Shown: positions 63,185-64,000 of the stretch, piece by piece
How positions within the stretch are numbered: the first letter of the stretch is position 1
Layout of the letters: each line of letters begins with the position of its first letter
Assembly: GCA_035221665.1 (NCBI GenBank)
Contig: CM069148.1
Location: 11,346,001-11,410,000 of the forward strand
From: Okamejei kenojei
Taxonomy: Eukaryota
Reading direction: 5' to 3'
DNA length: 64,000 nt
The notes under the pieces: model-generated
Told to the model about the DNA's origin: nothing
What the model saw: the letters and a program-made list of their open reading frames with translations, nothing else
Databases searched by the model: none
Made by a program: the position numbers and the translations under genes

Positions 63185-63810
63185 CGTTACTGAGAAGAGA
63201 AACGGAGTCAACATTTCAGGTTATGGACCTGACATCAGAACTGAAAAATAGATATGTTTGTAGAGCTGTGGGGAGATTGGGAAAGAGCATGTTTCTGAAA
63301 GGATATAACTGGGGTGACCATGAGGATTAGTTGTAAAATAGGTCATCTGGCCAATGAATAAATGGGAGCAGTTAGAGATTGGGAACATGGACAAAAGAAC
63401 ATTGCATTTGCAACTCTCTCCACCTTCTGTCAAGGTGGGAGGACAGGGCCAGAACATTAAGCTGATCATGTCCTCCATTCCCAGAGAATAAAAGGAAGGA
63501 GACAACAACAAGCTGAGCAATATTACAGATGGATGACTGACACAGTCTGAGATACCCAAGTACTTGAAATTATAGAATTCAATATTAGGTCCAGAAGGCT
63601 GCAACATACCCAGGCAGAAGACGAGATACTGTTCCTCAAGTGTGCATTAGCATTTGCTATGACAAAACAGGAGGCCACAGATCAGTAGGTCAGTGTGGGA
63701 GTGGGATGGGAAATTAAAGTGGCAGGTGATGGGAAGCTCAAGGTCGCCCGTGGACTGAATGCAATTACCCAATCTGTGTTTAATTTCTCCGATGTAGAGA
63801 CAACCTGACC
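63185..63810 (-). mobile_element. Old Penelope-like element (GIY-YIG C-terminus and 3' UTR), with an inverted UTR copy at about 63895-64000
   Basis: CLYIGEIKHRLG..CHFNFPSHSHTDL and LQPSGPNIEFYNF; gtgaccatg(a/g)ggattagttgtaaa present in both orientations. Confidence 0.82.
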
Positions 63811-64000
63811 CCCTGGGCCCGTCCTCACACTCTGCATCTCTCAACTATCTTATTCTTTTTTCTACGTGCACACTCTTTAACTTTTAATTACTTGATCAGA
63901 TAATTTGTTTACAACTAATCCCCATGGTCACACTGTTTTTACCTATCAGACACATACCTGTCTCCCACCCTCTCTGCAGCTTTGTTAGCTTCCTTTGTCT

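Larger units (their letters stand above)
1..64000 (-). other. ELP4: ELP4 transcription unit (partial). Introns: 999-19238 (18.2 kb), 19428-20956 (1.5 kb), 21042-47885 (26.8 kb), 48029-53009 (5.0 kb). Exons 1-3 and 9-10 not found, presumed outside the window.
   Basis: Five collinear minus-strand exons with compatible phases. Confidence 0.93.

Noticed and set aside
53160-64000. ELP4 exon 3 (EEDKY..KYFLAEG)
   Set aside because: Searched by eye on the minus strand and not found; exon 9 likewise not found in 1-889. Both are presumed outside the window.

Overview
Vertebrate genomic DNA, most likely a cartilaginous fish (skate/ray-like; inferred from HE1 V-SINEs, HER1/CR1 LINEs and Neptune-type Penelope elements). 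The whole window lies inside ELP4 (Elongator subunit 4) on the minus strand. Five coding exons (equivalent to human exons 4-8) have GT-AG sites and matching phases, and splice into one open frame. ELP4 introns are the known host of PAX6 long-range enhancers, and several long transposon-free intronic blocks here are candidate enhancers (conservation not verifiable without alignment). The rest is transposons: CR1, L2, RTE and Rex1 LINE fragments, HE1 SINEs, a Helitron, MITEs and Penelope-like elements (PLEs). Best leads: (1) a frameshifted copy of TDP2 exon 1 with its splice donor behind a hAT-like terminus (gene capture); (2) short, TSD-flanked, often fold-back PLE-derived elements carrying minimal hammerhead-ribozyme motifs, plus a related PLE lacking its RT core; (3) a non-autonomous Helitron with a possible captured fragment. 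All homology calls are from memory, not searches, and boundaries of old repeats are approximate.
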